From assembly GCA_965113315.1 (NCBI GenBank), contig OZ220372.1: a stretch of DNA of 64,000 nucleotides, one strand, 5' to 3'. The notes below the pieces were generated by a model. The model saw only the letters and a program-made list of their open reading frames with translations. It did not search any database and had not been told where the DNA came from. The first letter of the stretch is position 1; each line of letters starts with the position of its first letter. Shown here in pieces: positions 1 to 12,549 of this stretch. Both the position numbers and the translations under genes were made by a program. This stretch comes from Podarcis vaucheri (Eukaryota).

Positions 1-349
1 TACTCCTGCTCTGCAGCCCAGGTGTACAATAATTTTCATACATATGAGAATTTATGATATCCCTATTACGGATTTTGCATTCTTGTACACAATGAGAATT
101 CAAGATTAGGAGCTGTGGTTATTTTGCTCAAGGTAACTAGCAAAAGCATGAGAATTAAGGCAGGCTGGATGGTTAGGGAAAAGCCTGTTTCATATATTTT
201 TAACATTTGAAGTTATTGCTACAGAAACCACCTATAGTTCAATCTCCAATGTAGGTTTGCCTTTTTTCTTTTCTTTTTTAATGATGGCTTCTCTGAGTGT
301 TGCTGTCATGGATGAGGCGTTGCAGAATAATTTCAAGATTTCCAAGCTT

Positions 350-455
350 GTAGCCTAGGTGAAAGGACCTTCTGGCCCTCCAGCTGTTGCTAAACTACAG
401 CTCCCATCATCCCTGCCCATTGGCCATACTTGTGGGGGCTAATAGTTGAAGTAAA
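350..455. mobile_element. Degenerate relative of the palindromic hAT MITE
   Basis: ggccctccagctgttgctaaactacagctcccatcatccctg resembles the 36917 arm; a similar remnant lies at ~53010-53115. Confidence 0.5.
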
Positions 456-2743
456 TAAAATTAGAAAAGAACAGTCTTGGTATGGTCAAATGGCTTATAG
501 ACCAAGATGATGTCTATGGTGGAAGCATATGCATTTCTGAGGTAGGGAAGTTGCATTCCTGACATTATTGCAGAAGAGAAGGAAAATGCACTTTATATTT
601 CTGCATGGCAAGAAGAGAGCTGAAGTCAGTCAGAGGTGCACACTGGAGACAGGGAGTGGGCTTCTGGCTTTGCTTAGGTTTTCCCCCAAGAAAGAACTTC
701 ACATTTAGTAATCACCTTCCTACTTCTTCACCCTTTTCTGCCTAAGAGATAGTAACCTCATTCTGCCTAACTACAGGACACAACATTTTAAATTCTGGGA
801 TAGTGTTTATCATTGCAGATTACAAATAAAACATGACAAGCTGCATGTTGTGAAAGCTAGACCCATCTGCATACCAGATAGATATGAGAATTTTCTGTTT
901 TAATAAGATTTAGACCCAAAGTATCTTTTAATGGCAGTACACCTCCACTGATTTGCAGAGCTGTAAGCTCTTATTTCCTGTAAAGGCACTGCAAGTTCGC
1001 TACCAAAGAATGCACTGAGTGTCAGATTAACTCACTCCCTTTTTTTAAAAGAAAGGATGAGGCAAGTCAGTCTATAGAAACTTGATGTAATTTCTATCCT
1101 AAAATTAAGAGGGATCTTTTTCAATCCACTGAACTGTGGAGCTGCTACATGGCTTTAGGGACACTGTGTTTCTCTGTCATTTTACTCTGCGCTTCAATTC
1201 TTATGCAGAAATCTGCTCACTGTTTTTATAAAATCCTGGCTGGATTTCATTATACTTAATATTTTGTTTGCAAGCATCTGTTATAAATGCTGTGAGTGAG
1301 TGTTAGTTCTAATTCATCAGTTTTGAATGAGCATTTGGCTCAAGAACTGGAAAGCAATTTCATTTTACATGTATGTGTGCGATATACGTATGTGTGTGAG
1401 CATGCTTGTGGGAAAAGGATTTAAGCTAATAAATTTAAAACAACCTAACAAGGAGACAAAGAATGATGCATAGAGTGACAGTACAAAAACGCAGTGATTA
1501 TGAAAATTCATAGAAGATTAAAATAAAAGCTGTAGCTGGTGATGTGTCATCAACAATTGCAATTTAAAAATGGAATTTTGTATCTCCAAAATCTACTGAA
1601 GAACTACAATTTCAAATTTATCACACTGAGCGCATTGCAACTTTGCACCTTCACCCAGACAGGAAACACTCTAAATACTCATAGGACTGTAGATGCAGAG
1701 TTCATCCTAAAACTAAAGCCTCTGGCAATGTTATTACCTACAACAATTTTCTATGAGCCACTTTTATTGTATTTTTGCAACACAAATAATTGTACATTAT
1801 CCTGAGTTTTATCATCTGTGATTATATTAAATTTTACTTCTTTCACTGTACTTTCCATCCAACCTGCATTGCCCTGTTTATCTACTATTCTAAAATAGAG
1901 TTTGTCAGGGCTAAGGCTAGAGCCTGACTTTGAAACTAAGCCAATCCAGAAAGGGCTATAACAGGTGGAGAAACATTTAGAAGACCTTGTATGTAGTAGC
2001 TCAGATAAGCACCAAACTGACAGGAATTCTATAGTACTTAATAATGCAAAACCTTCCTCAAACTCTCAGGACCATCCGCTTCAGCAGAAACAAAGATGCA
2101 TCTACAGTAGTTAAAAGTTAACTACACAAAACACTGTATGTGTAGCTAACTATTTCTCCATCTAAGCTTGTGGGCATGACCAAAATCGGACCACCAAATT
2201 GCTGCCCCTGGATGGCACTCATTTATAGAGGGAGGCTCAGTCTTCACAGCACTCATCTAATTAAATTAGAACTGCTGGTGTCGGAGCAGACTGCCATGCT
2301 TATAATTTGCCTGCAATCACCACAAATTCCTCAGGTCGCCTTGCATGCCAACCCACTGAATTGTGGAATGGTGTCTTGAGACTTCTGTTCCGATAGTCAA
2401 ACCCTGGGCAGTATTCTGGACTCTGGAGGTTCTTTTGAGGATCAAGTGCTGTCCAGGTCAAATATGCAGACAGCATCCCACCTAGATATGAAGAAAAGTT
2501 TCCATAGCACAAGTAGAAGCGAATATAGTGTCACAGCAAAATGGACATTGATCATCTTCATTACAGCCCAAAATACGCATGTTTCAAAAACACACATAAT
2601 GGTATGTTACTATACATCAAATTGATCGCCGTAGTTTTTTGTTTTGCAAAAGCATACCATCTTCTTTCCCCAGTTTAAAATAAGCACCAATTGAAGGGGA
2701 AAAGAAGAAGGGAAGCATAAAAAAATCAGTCTGTCTCACACAG

Positions 2744-2749
2744 TTTATT
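2744..2749 (-). terminator. Polyadenylation signal AATAAA
   Basis: Plus-strand tttatt; followed on the sense strand by U-rich downstream sequence (TTTTTTTATGCTTCCCTTCTTCTTTT). Confidence 0.75.
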
Positions 2750-2774
2750 TAACAATAGGTAATAAGAAATCAAT

Positions 2775-2782
2775 TAACAGTC
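2775..2782 (-). promoter_or_regulatory. miR-132/212-3p 8mer site (GACTGTTA)
   Basis: Exact complement of seed UAACAGUC, in an AU-rich context near the UTR end. Confidence 0.6.
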
Positions 2783-3855
2783 TATACAGTGATCGAAAGT
2801 TCATATTTATAAGTAATCAACTTTAATTGCATGATTTACAACATTTGAGGGTTTTTTGCTTTCTATTTTCAAGTTTTACAGAAAATGGAAGAGGAGGAAA
2901 TGGGAGGGGAGGGATAGAGAAAGCAAGCATAAAGAAGAAACCCCAGGGATTTACTCTCAGGTTAAAATTATACCCTGGGAATAGTTTCTTACCCTCTTTA
3001 TTTTTTCCTTTGTTAGATGTAAAAATAACGAAAAAAATTCTTTCAAGAAAACAAAACCACAATATATATACTACATCCATTTGGCAGCTGCCCCGTGTAT
3101 TTGCAAAAAGTTGTCTTCTCTCTACATGTACAAATTTTAATACTTGAAGTTTAAGCTCAGACTCTGGTATAGAAAATTCTTGGAGGACAAAAGTAGACTT
3201 CAGGAGGGAGACTGGGTTACTTAATAATTTTTACAGTTTTTAAAAGAATTGACATCTTTCCAACCAAAGAGGAAAAATTGGTATTTATCTTTAATATATA
3301 TTTTTATATATTTATATATATGCACTGTATTTTAAAGCAACATTCACCCTTTTTGTCCTCCAGTTTTAGGAAATGTTCTGTTTTTTCTGTTTTTCTTTTT
3401 TTCTTTTTTGCAGTAGGCATGAGAAAAACCAGAATAGGGAAAAAAGTTAACCATCTGCCTCAGTAAATTATAACTATCAATATTACATATTTTCATTAAT
3501 TTAAAAAAAAAATAAAACCTATTGGAGGCTAGAGAAGGAAGCCATTTGGTCAGCAGCCAAATAACTATCCCCTCCCAAGCACCTCCCCAACGCACGCGAA
3601 GGGAAAACAAAAACAAGTAAAAGGACTGGTTATGACCCCAGCCATAACAAAAATATATTTTCTTTGTATTCTATTGTCCCTCAGGTTCATTTTGTTGGTT
3701 TCTCATTTTTAAAACCACAAACTACTGCTGCAGAGTTCAGATGTATTCCAGGGAAAAATGTTCTGCTAAGAAAGATTCAAAAAAAATTGTCTTCAGTACA
3801 AAAAGTCTTGAGAAAATAAGTTTTTTTTTTTGCTCCCAAAATGCTACAGTGTGTC

Positions 3856-6090
3856 TTAGTGTATGTCTAGTGTACTCTGTGAAAGGTTTGAATTCAAGTC
3901 TGAATTATCTGAGCCGAGTCCCAGTTCTGTGGCACTTGCACCATGGAGGCCTGCCATGCCTGGATTGCTAGCAAGCTGAGAAAGCATTGCACTCTGGTCC
4001 GGGCTGGCAAAGTGCCCTTGATCCATGGGGTTAGCCTGGGCAGCTACCAGTCCTGGATGAGGGGAGCTGGTCTGCGGGGAGACGTGATGTGGAGAAGGTT
4101 GTGGCTGCATCCTAGGGGACGGACTGGAGTGGGGTGGCTGGGACTGGGGACGTGGTGAAGGGACAGGCTGTGGAGAACGCACTTGATTGGTGAGCGATGA
4201 CGGGATCTGCTGGCCTTGTAAGTGTGGGGACTGGGCCTGGCTAGGGAGCATGTGCTGTTGGGGACTCATAGGATTGGGCTGAGCTGGTGATCCCATCTGC
4301 TGCTGAAGTAGCCTCTGCTGGAACACTTGCTGCAAACTGGATCCCGTCTCTGCACTCATCGCTTGTGGAAGCTGGCTCATTTGTCCCATATTCCCTTGTT
4401 GCATTTGCTGCATGTGATGCTGCATCCGCTGTTGTTGTTGCTGCTGCTGCTGCTGCTGCTGAGAGTACCCAACTCCCTGGGGCTGCTGGAACTGATTATG
4501 GTTGGCCATGCCAGGCCCCAGCCCTGGTCCTGCTCCCTGACGCTGCTGCTCCATCAGCTGCCGTCTCATTAGGATTTCCCGAAACTGGGGAGACATGGTT
4601 GCTGCAGGATTCATATTCATTTGCTGTGCCTGAGGATTCATCCCGCCCATGGCCTGCTGGGGTGGTGGCTGCTGGGGTGGCGACTGCTGGGGCATGCTGG
4701 GCCTCTGGACGCCTGCTTGCATCGGATTCATATTTTGCATGCCTTGATTGGGATGCACACCTTGCTGTCCTGGCATGGCCTGCTGCTGCATCCCTGGTTG
4801 CCCTTGAGGCATTCCGGGCTGTCCCGGCATGCCCTGTGGATTCTGGTTCCCAACATACTTGGCAGCCCTCTGCTTGATGAAAGCAGCTAACAGCTGAGGG
4901 TTGGAGTGCAGGATGTTAAGCACCTGCTGCTGCTGCATGGGAGAGCTGGGGGACCTGAGAGTCCGCAGCAGGTTTTGTAAGGCTGCCTGGGGCACAGAGC
5001 TTTGCTTTGACGCAGCAGCGCCAGGGACCTGGCCCATTCCTGGCTGCTGCGGTGACATACTCATCTGCTGCCCAGCCTGGCCCATTGACATCATTGGTCT
5101 CTGCATTCCTGACTGCAGCTGCTGAGGTTGAGGCAAGCCTCCCTGGGCCCATGCGGGCTGCTGCTGAATTCCTGACGGTCCCATCCCTTGATCTATATGG
5201 CCCCCGGGACCTCTGGCCATCTGAGGTGGTGTTACACTCATAGGCTGTATTTGATTCATCTGGGGCATCTGGTGTTGAATTGGCCTCTGGAAAATTGGAT
5301 GGGCCATCTGCCGCTGGTGGTCAGCTACTCGCTGGATCTGCATGGCTATTTCCACGGCCGCTGCAGGGGGGCCCGGCATAGGTGGCTGAGTAGCCTGAGG
5401 AGTTGTTGGAGGAGTTACCTGGCCACCTGCCTTGCCTTGGGAGACAGCCCCAGGAGGCTGAGTTCTTGACATGCTATATGGAGGCATGTTATTGGGAGGT
5501 ACGGGTTGTGGCTGAGAGGCATGCTGGGGTGGAGGCTGCGGCTGTGGGGTCTGAGGAGTTGGGGGCTGCTGGCCTGTCGGAGTTGTTGGTGTGGCTGGTG
5601 TTGGCGAGGGCAACCCCTGCTGCTGGCCTACTATGCCGGTCCTCTGCATGCTTGCCACCCTCCTCCGGAGCATCTGGGCCTGCTGCAGGCGGTGCTGAAG
5701 CTGCTGCTGACGAAGCTTGTGTTTGATGTTGAGGCAAAAGGGCACTGGGCACTTGTTCTCCTGGCAGTGCTTAGCATGGTAGCAGCAAAGAGCAATGAGC
5801 TGCTTGCAAATTGGGCACCCTCCATTGGTTTTGCGCTTGCAACCTTTGGTGTGCTGGACGACCCTCTTCATCTTCTGACAAGACGGCAATGAGCAGTTGG
5901 CATTGCGGCACTGGCAGGCATGGACCAAAGACTGGATGCAGCGCTGGATGCTCAGGCGACGTGAATCACCAGGACTCTGCGTAGTGGCTGTCTGTTGGTT
6001 GTTGCTTTCATCGTCAATACCAAGGCCCAGTTTCTCCATCTTGTGCTCATGGTTTTTAGAGTTATAGCAGGTGATACATAAGTCATAATC
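3856..6090 (-). CDS. EP300: EP300 exon 31 coding part (2235 nt incl. TAA; ZZ end, TAZ2, NCBD/IBiD, Q-rich tail)
   Basis: tttag|GATTATGAC (DYDLCITCY...) continues into the 727-aa ORF ending STLDIH*. Confidence 0.96.
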   Translation of the reverse strand, partial: DYDLCITCYNSKNHEHKMEKLGLGIDDESNNQQTATTQSPGDSRRLSIQRCIQSLVHACQCRNANCSLPSCQKMKRVVQHTKGCKRKTNGGCPICKQLIALCCYHAKHCQENKCPVPFCLNIKHKLRQQQLQHRLQQAQMLRRRVASMQRTGIVGQQQGLPSPTPATPTTPTGQQPPTPQTPQPQPPPQHASQPQPVPPNNMPPYSMSRTQPPGAVSQGKAGGQVTPPTTPQATQPPMPGPPAAAVEIAMQIQRVADHQRQMAHPIFQRPIQHQMPQMNQIQPMSVTPPQMARGPGGHIDQGMGPSGIQQQPAWAQGGLPQPQQLQSGMQRPMMSMGQAGQQMSMSPQQPGMGQVPGAAASKQSSVPQAALQNLLRTLRSPSSPMQQQQVLNILHSNPQLLAAFIKQRAAKYVGNQNPQGMPGQPGMPQGQPGMQQQAMPGQQGVHPNQGMQNMNPMQAGVQRPSMPQQSPPQQPPPQQAMGGMNPQAQQMNMNPAATMSPQFREILMRRQLMEQQRQGAGPGLGPGMANHNQFQQPQGVGYSQQQQQQQQQQQRMQHHMQQMQQGNMGQMSQLPQAMSAETGSSLQQVFQQRLLQQQMGSPAQPNPMSPQQHMLPSQAQSPHLQGQQIPSSLTNQVRSPQPVPSPRPQSQPPHSSPSPRMQPQPSPHHVSPQTSSPHPGLVAAQANPMDQGHFASPDQSAMLSQLASNPGMAGLHGASATELGLGSDNSDLNSNLSQSTLDIH
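4429..4461 (-). repeat. Coding (CAG)7(CAA)3CAG, Q11 in exon 31
   Basis: In frame with exon 31. Confidence 0.9.
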
Positions 6091-7609
6091 CTAAAAACAG
6101 AAATGATCAGTCAGATAACTGGCCTTATTCCCTGACAGAGGCACACATCTCTAAAAAATTAAATAGCTGACAAAAGATAGTCTTAATTAACAATGCAATC
6201 TCAAAATGCTAATGATGACCTGTCCAAGAAAAAAAAGTCAGGAAACTTGGAAAGGCATAAACAAGCATTCACTGAAAACTATGCAATGACTATCAGCCAA
6301 AGTGGCTCAAGTGTCAGTTCTCAGGGGAAGAACAGCAAGACTGATATGGTGAGCAACAAAAGTGAAAGGTTGCTCCCATCTCAGACAGATGCAGACTTGA
6401 AAGAGGCCAGGAGTCACCAACCAGTGACTGGTAGCCCCATAAAAAGGTCCTAAGTTCTGAGTTTTCATATATTTATTTTTTAAAAGAAATCGCTAGACAG
6501 CCTAGAAAGTGAACGAGGAAAAAGTGCAGATATGTTGCTAAGCAATTTCTGTGAATAGTCAGCCTGACTTCTGCCGCCTGTCAATGTTTTTATTTTTTAG
6601 CCAATAAGTGAAGCCAGCTGTGATTAGTAAGTTAGGTAACAAGAACTACTTGGGTTCTGAAGAGCTGTTGTTTCCCCTCTCCCTCAGAGCACTCTTCATG
6701 CTTATTTTCTAGTAGTCCTTGGAATCTCTGTAATTTGCCATTTCTTTTTCCCTAGCAACCACAATGCATCTTTCCTATGGTGAATTCATCTGAGATCACG
6801 TAATCCCTAAAAGTTATTTTCTCAAATACTACTACACAATGAATGTGGGTAGATGCTGAAGAATCCCCATCTCCAAAAGGAAAATCTGAAATCTTTGCAA
6901 AGTGGCTTAAGTATGTCTTCTGCTTTGCAGGAGCTAAAGAACAAGCACCTACTAAGAATGACAGAGTCAGAAGTTTGAGTCCCTTTGTGTTTAATGGGCT
7001 TTACTCCCAGGTAAGTTGGTATAGGAAGGCAGCCTAGGCTTTGGTCTAGGGTTGAAAAATGGGGTGAGAGAGCGCTGTTGTGTCTTTAATAGCCCTATGG
7101 TAGGCAGAAATTCATCAGGAAATACAATTATAAGAAACTTCACAATTACTGTACTTTCTCTAATCTTGTGTTATGACATGCCCCCATGGCTGCCATTTTG
7201 TCACTGGTACCCACAACACTCTCAAAATTTGAAACGTGTCCATTGTTCCAAAATGGCTGATGATCCCTGCCTCAGGCAAACAGGGACCCTAACAAAAAAG
7301 GGCCGTAAGGAGAATACATTTTCGTCACTTTTTTTGGCTGTAATATCCTAAGAAAGCTCTTTACTCTGAAGCAGAGCAATGTTAAAATGGAAGCGTAAGC
7401 TATAAAGTATTTTGGTAGTCACAACATAAATATCAAGACACTGGAGTAGGATAGCAAGGAATATTTACTTTTAAAATGTCCTAAAATAAAACCTAATATT
7501 GCAGTAGACAACACTAATGAAACCCTCCACTTCAGTTCCAAAAACCTCTTCATGATATAAACCTCTGAATATTTGTATAACAAATTATTTCACCAGTGGC
7601 GAGACATAC

Positions 7610-7891
7610 CTCACAGACTGTGCAGTGCCACCTTGTTTCCACGTGGTGTTTGCACTCATTGCAGGTATAAACAAAACGATCCTGGCTCTGAGTATGAAGC
7701 TCTACCAGCATGCACATGGTTGACCACATTGCCCTTCGTAGTGAGGAAAACTCAAGGTGTTTGTCTCTAGCAAGGGTGAGGAAGGCATCACGCCCATCCA
7801 TTAAGTCGCACGGAATGAGTGGGTCAGGTTCAATGATGGGAGGCAGGGAATTGGCTTGAGGACCAGCAATGAGACGGATCACAAAGAATAC
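7610..7891 (-). CDS. EP300: EP300 exon 30 (282 nt; HAT end, ZZ start)
   Basis: ttcag|GTATTC...TGTGAG|gtatgt; CDLMDGRDAFLTLARDKHLEFSSLRR...YTCNECKHHVETRWHCTVCE. Confidence 0.95.
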
Positions 7892-8079
7892 CTGAAAAAA
7901 AGAGTAGTGGATTTTAGGCTTTATTCCAAGAGGTTTGATTCATCACCCTTAACTATACAATGCCTTCTGTTCTCTTTCTTTCAGTCTCATTGTGGAGTCT
8001 GAAGTAGTCAACATGCTCCGAACATCAGGAACAAGCCACAACTGTTCTGTATTTTGTCAAGTTTATTGCAGGATGGGAC

Positions 8080-8100
8080 CAGCAGCAGCAGCAGCAGCAG
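8080..8100. repeat. Intronic (CAG)7
   Basis: Directly visible. Confidence 0.85.
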
Positions 8101-8540
8101 CACAACTCTAGCCCCCCTGTACTTCCTTGGCCCAGTGTTGTAGAGAAAAGAGCTGGGCATTAGGCAACAAGTGCCATCAACCTTATTCTCAATGTCTCTG
8201 GGCCCCACCCTGCTGTACATATCAGGGGCCAGGCCCAGCAGCATTGAGAGTAAGAAATTAGGGGACAACTAGCTGTCAAACTTGGCCTACAAGGAGTTGG
8301 AGAGATAACAATTTGGCTCTCTGGGCTAGAACGTTTTCCACCCCTGCCCTAAAAGATACCTGAAATAGTAAAACACCTAGTTATAATACTTTGTGTTATA
8401 CAAAGCAAATTCAGATTATTTGGTTTATAATGCTCCAATTTGTATGTTTAACTTCATTTACCACAACAAAACCAACCCAAAATCACTTGGCCACAATGGT
8501 GCCTCAACAATGTCAGCCTGACTGCATGTCCCATTTTCTT

Positions 8541-8676
8541 CAGTGTTTTTTTTTTCAGGGGGTCCTCAAGGGTATGCAGTACCAGCACCTCTTTTGTTGT
8601 TGTTAAAAAGTGTGGCACTTACTGTAACAACTTCATGGTGAGTACTGGTGCCTATTTTTCTAGAAAAAAATCACTT
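8541..8676. mobile_element. Small hAT-like MITE
   Basis: CAGTGTTTTTTT ... AAAAAAATCACT termini; near-TSD ATTTTCTT/GTTTTCTT. Confidence 0.5.
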
Positions 8677-9176
8677 GTTTTCTTTCACAGTTTTTCCTTA
8701 CTCTCACATGTGCTTGATAACATGCTCATAGGTTTACAGTATGCCTTAGAATTTGGCAAAAATGCTCAACTTTCCAATTTACAATACAGCGCTTAAAATA
8801 TCTATATAGGTTTATTAGATACAAAAAGATTCTGTTTTTGTATATTATCTAAATGCCCAGGAGAAATAAGATTTTAAAAAACCTTTTTAACACAAATAGA
8901 AACATGTATGCAAGTACTTTCCACAATGTTCCACAGAGAATGTATGTGTGCAGCCTGCCGCTCATTTCAATACATTCCGTCAGAAGCCTCAGACCACTGG
9001 ATTAAATTAACCAAGCGTCTAACTTGTGTGGCAAATGAAAAGAAGATTATTATTTGGTCATAAAGTTCCCTCAGTCAACATGGAAGTAATAAACCCCCTA
9101 CTTCTACAGTCCAAGGATATATTTCACTTGCACTTAGATGCTGCAGCCATTCAGACACTTTAAATATTGTTCTTAC

Positions 9177-9338
9177 CTCCTTATGCTTTTCCATAGTGGC
9201 ATACAGTTTCTGGGAAAGGTCGTTGGAGACATTAGGCATTCCAGGTTTCTTTTTATTACCACGACTCAAGCTGCTCTTATTTTTACTGGTCTTCTTATTA
9301 TTTTTCTTTTTGGCGTTTTTGCTATCTCCTTTGCTGAC
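9177..9338 (-). CDS. EP300: EP300 exon 29 (162 nt; Lys-rich autoinhibitory loop)
   Basis: tgcag|GTCAGC...AAGGAG|gtaaga; KGDSKNAKKKNNKKTSKNKS...EKHKE. Confidence 0.95.
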
Positions 9339-9758
9339 CTGCAATGTGAATGGAGAATTGAGTCTAATTTGAAAATGGCAAGACACATTTGGTTCCCAAG
9401 AATAAACAAGCAACCACCAAGAAGTCATTACAACACATCAATTATCCATCAGTCCCAAAAGCAAAGGTGGCAACTTAAGCCAGGTAAGGCACATATTCAT
9501 GTCTTGATCTTATTCACACAAGAGGCAAAAACTATGGCAGCTAGAATGTTCTTCAGGCAATTTCAAGAAGTAATTCCTGAATGAAAACAAAATGCTGGGG
9601 GTTGGTTCCTTATTCCTTTCCACCAACAAACCTATTAGAAATTAATAACTAATTCTAGAGGGGATTCCTGAATCCTGGGTCCAGTTTAATATGCCATTTG
9701 TAGATTTTAGGAAAGAAAGTGATGAATGACATTTGTTGGGAAAACATGACTTCCTTAC

Positions 9759-9923
9759 ATCAGTGCTCTCATTGCTAGTGTTCTCTTCTCTCTTTCGCTC
9801 CTCTTCCTCTTGCTCTAGCTCCTTAATGCTCTCTTCTAAAACATTAGGCCAGAAGTCCCCTTCAAAGTAAGGCAGCTCTTTTGCACTTGTCAGACGGTCT
9901 TCTGTTGCCTGCTTAAAAATATC
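9759..9923 (-). CDS. EP300: EP300 exon 28 (165 nt; HAT)
   Basis: tgcag|GATATT...ACTGAT|gtaagg; ELPYFEGDFWPNVLEESIKEL. Confidence 0.95.
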
Positions 9924-9994
9924 CTGCAACACAAAATGTTTCTCAGTACACATCACATTGATGACAGCAGCAAAAGCAAAAATTCTCATACAGA

Positions 9995-9996
<2 letters not shown>

Positions 9997-10038
<42 letters not shown>

Positions 10039-10090
10039 TTTGTACCATGCCCATCTGACTGGGTTGCCCCAGCCATGCTGGGACACTTTA
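9997..10090 (-). repeat. (TAA)n microsatellite forming the tail of a short L2-like 3' fragment
   Basis: ~13 TAA units followed by cccatctgactgggttgccccagcca, the reverse complement of a motif similar to 49210-49240. Confidence 0.7.
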
Positions 10091-10344
10091 ATTCTTCAAA
10101 GTTGTTTTTCTTCCAGGATTCTTTTAAAAAATAGTGCTGGTGTTTACGGTGCAAGTTTTTTTCTACCCACCAAATGTGAAATGCTTCATAAGATCCAAAT
10201 GTTTCTCGGACATTACCTTTTAAGTACTGTTAGCTAAGCAATATTCTAAAATATATTTCGACATTTTTCTCAAAATAAATTCCTGTTCCAGTATATGTAA
10301 GGGGCAAGAACTAAAGGTGATATTTAAACTAATTCACAACCAAC

Positions 10345-10510
10345 CTTGTAATCATGCACTATGCGCTCTGACACAGATTTATCCAGCATCTTTTTGTACC
10401 ACTCTTGCAGTCGTTTGGGTTTGGGTATTTTTTGGTCAGGAGGATGGCAATGGAAAATATAATCATCACCTTCACTAGGTGGGCAGGCCCATATATGTCC
10501 CGTTGTATAC
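10345..10510 (-). CDS. EP300: EP300 exon 27 (166 nt; HAT, catalytic W and Y residues)
   Basis: attag|GTATACA...TACAAG|gttggt; HIWACPPSEGDDYIFHCHPPDQKIPKPKRLQEWYKKML. Confidence 0.95.
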
Positions 10511-12435
10511 CTAATAGGAATTAAAGGAAAAAGTCAATACCATTAGTTCTGTTATTCATTATAGTGTTTCACTGTGTTGCCCACTTCATTTATCCATCTT
10601 TTCAGGAGCAAGAGTTTCTTTTACAACATCCAAGCAGAGCCAAGGTCAGCCTAGAAATATTGCATCTAAGGAGAAATGTATAAATGATGCAGAAGTCCTC
10701 TCCATCCAAGTTAACTGGTCAGACCCAAAACTGCTTAGCTTCAGAAACAGAACTGATTCATATACCTTTAAACTATTCTAAGGGATTCAGAAGCCTGATG
10801 CAGTAGCCAATGGAAAGAGCTTATTGTCCAACTGAACCAACCCAATCTCTGTTTGAAAACAGTTACAGGCTATGCTCAATAATACTTGCAAAACTGGGAG
10901 AAATCTGAGTTTTTAATGGTTTTATTAATATTGTCTTATTGAATTTAGGCTCCTTTTCTTTGGGGATGGAAAAATAGGTCAGATTTAGAATGCTCACCAT
11001 TCTTTCTAAACTATTTTGCCCTATATACCCTCCCCAACCAGATGCTGGGTAGTTCTTTGTCCCTTCCATTTATCTATAATTCCTTGTGCAACTGCTGCAC
11101 AACAGCCTTGTAAGGCAGACCAATTGCACCTGAACTATCTGGTAATCACTGCCAGCACCACTCCCTTTCAACACTTATGACTCCCCCAGATGGGAGGAGA
11201 TTCTGGGGTGCTCAAGGAAATGCTAGGTCCTGAAGTCAAGTTGTTCAGAATCTACCACTTATGTTTCTTCCCCTTGAAGCAACTTGACCAATATTTCCTG
11301 CTGCTTTATCAGCCAATTTCTACTTTAGCTTTTGCTTGTGTGCCCATTTGTACCATTATGGTTACAATTTAATGGCAGAATGCACCCTTTCCTCAGTCTT
11401 CTACAGCTTATCTTCTCAACAACCAATATGTGGCGGTCAGCAGCTTAGAAATCTGTGACAGTTTATTTTGGGTAGCCAACTTCTATCTACTTCATTTGAT
11501 AGCAAAGAACATTTAAGTAGAGAAAAGGGTTACTTTACCCAGGCAAGAATTATGTAGCAACTATGATTAAAAAAAGCAGAGAGAAACATCAAAACCCCAT
11601 TGATACAGATCTTAAACTGTCCCTTTACTTAGATTTCAAAATTTGTATAATCAGACACCTTTTTCACATCAGACATATTTGTAGGACCTCTTTTTATAAG
11701 CATATCACTAATTATTCTACATTTTCTTCAAATCCACCCCACTTCCTCTGGCTTATTTCACTTTGTCATATACTTGGTTTTGTCTACAATTTGGTTAAAT
11801 TAATTCAGGTTAATCTAGTTAAATGAGACCTCTCACATCATGCTGGTTTTATTTATTTTCAATCAATCCACCCTGGTTTCTTTTCTCTCCCCCCCCTCCA
11901 GACACATTATCTCCTGAAATACCTCATGCATCAAAATTTCTACTCAGTGCTGGTGACTATCACTACATAAAATGAGACAAAGGCTCTGCCCTCAGATATA
12001 CAAACTTTAAAAAAGAGACATTAAAGAAAATAATTCAGGGAAAAGGTAGAGACAGAAAAGAAGTTTTACACCATAGGTGGGTTATTTGACAGCAATTACA
12101 AGAGACTGTCACATCACTGATCAATACAATAAAAGACAACAACATTTAAGACTATCTTTATTTTTGTAAGTCAGCATTGCAGGAATTGTTCTCCTTTAAA
12201 AACACTCAGATCAGACTGAAGCTGATCTTCTCTATATACTGACTTCTGCCCATACATTGAAGGGACTCAAAATGTACTGTACAGTTGCCACAAGCAACCT
12301 AACTGTATATTCATGCTCATTAAGGTTAATTACTAATTGTGGGCACATCTATACCCACAATTTACTTCTGAAGATCTATCATTTTCAATCATTTGGGATA
12401 GTATGGAGTTTATTGCAGAAGAACAGAAAGCTTAC

Positions 12436-12549
12436 CCCAACTTTTTAACGTATTCGAGGTATCCTATTAGGATTTCATGATATACAGCAGTCCTCAGGCA
12501 TTTGGGGCGGAAGAAGTGAACACTGTCAAGGTAAGATATGTATACTCTC
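12436..12549 (-). CDS. EP300: EP300 exon 26 (114 nt; HAT, YLDS motif)
   Basis: tctag|GAGAGTA...TTGGG|gtaagc; [38 protein letters not shown]. Confidence 0.95.

Larger units (their letters stand above)
2725..3855 (-). other. EP300: EP300 3' UTR (~1.1 kb, AU-rich)
   Basis: Lies between the stop codon and the AATAAA; cleavage position is approximate. Confidence 0.75.

Noticed and set aside
1-2700. Possible neighbouring gene downstream of EP300
   Set aside because: No recognisable exon, CpG island or protein homology; the short ORFs look random
3943-5892. Several overlapping and antisense ORFs (up to 196 aa) over exon 31
   Set aside because: Shadow frames of CAG/CCN-rich coding sequence that lack stops; no recognisable domains
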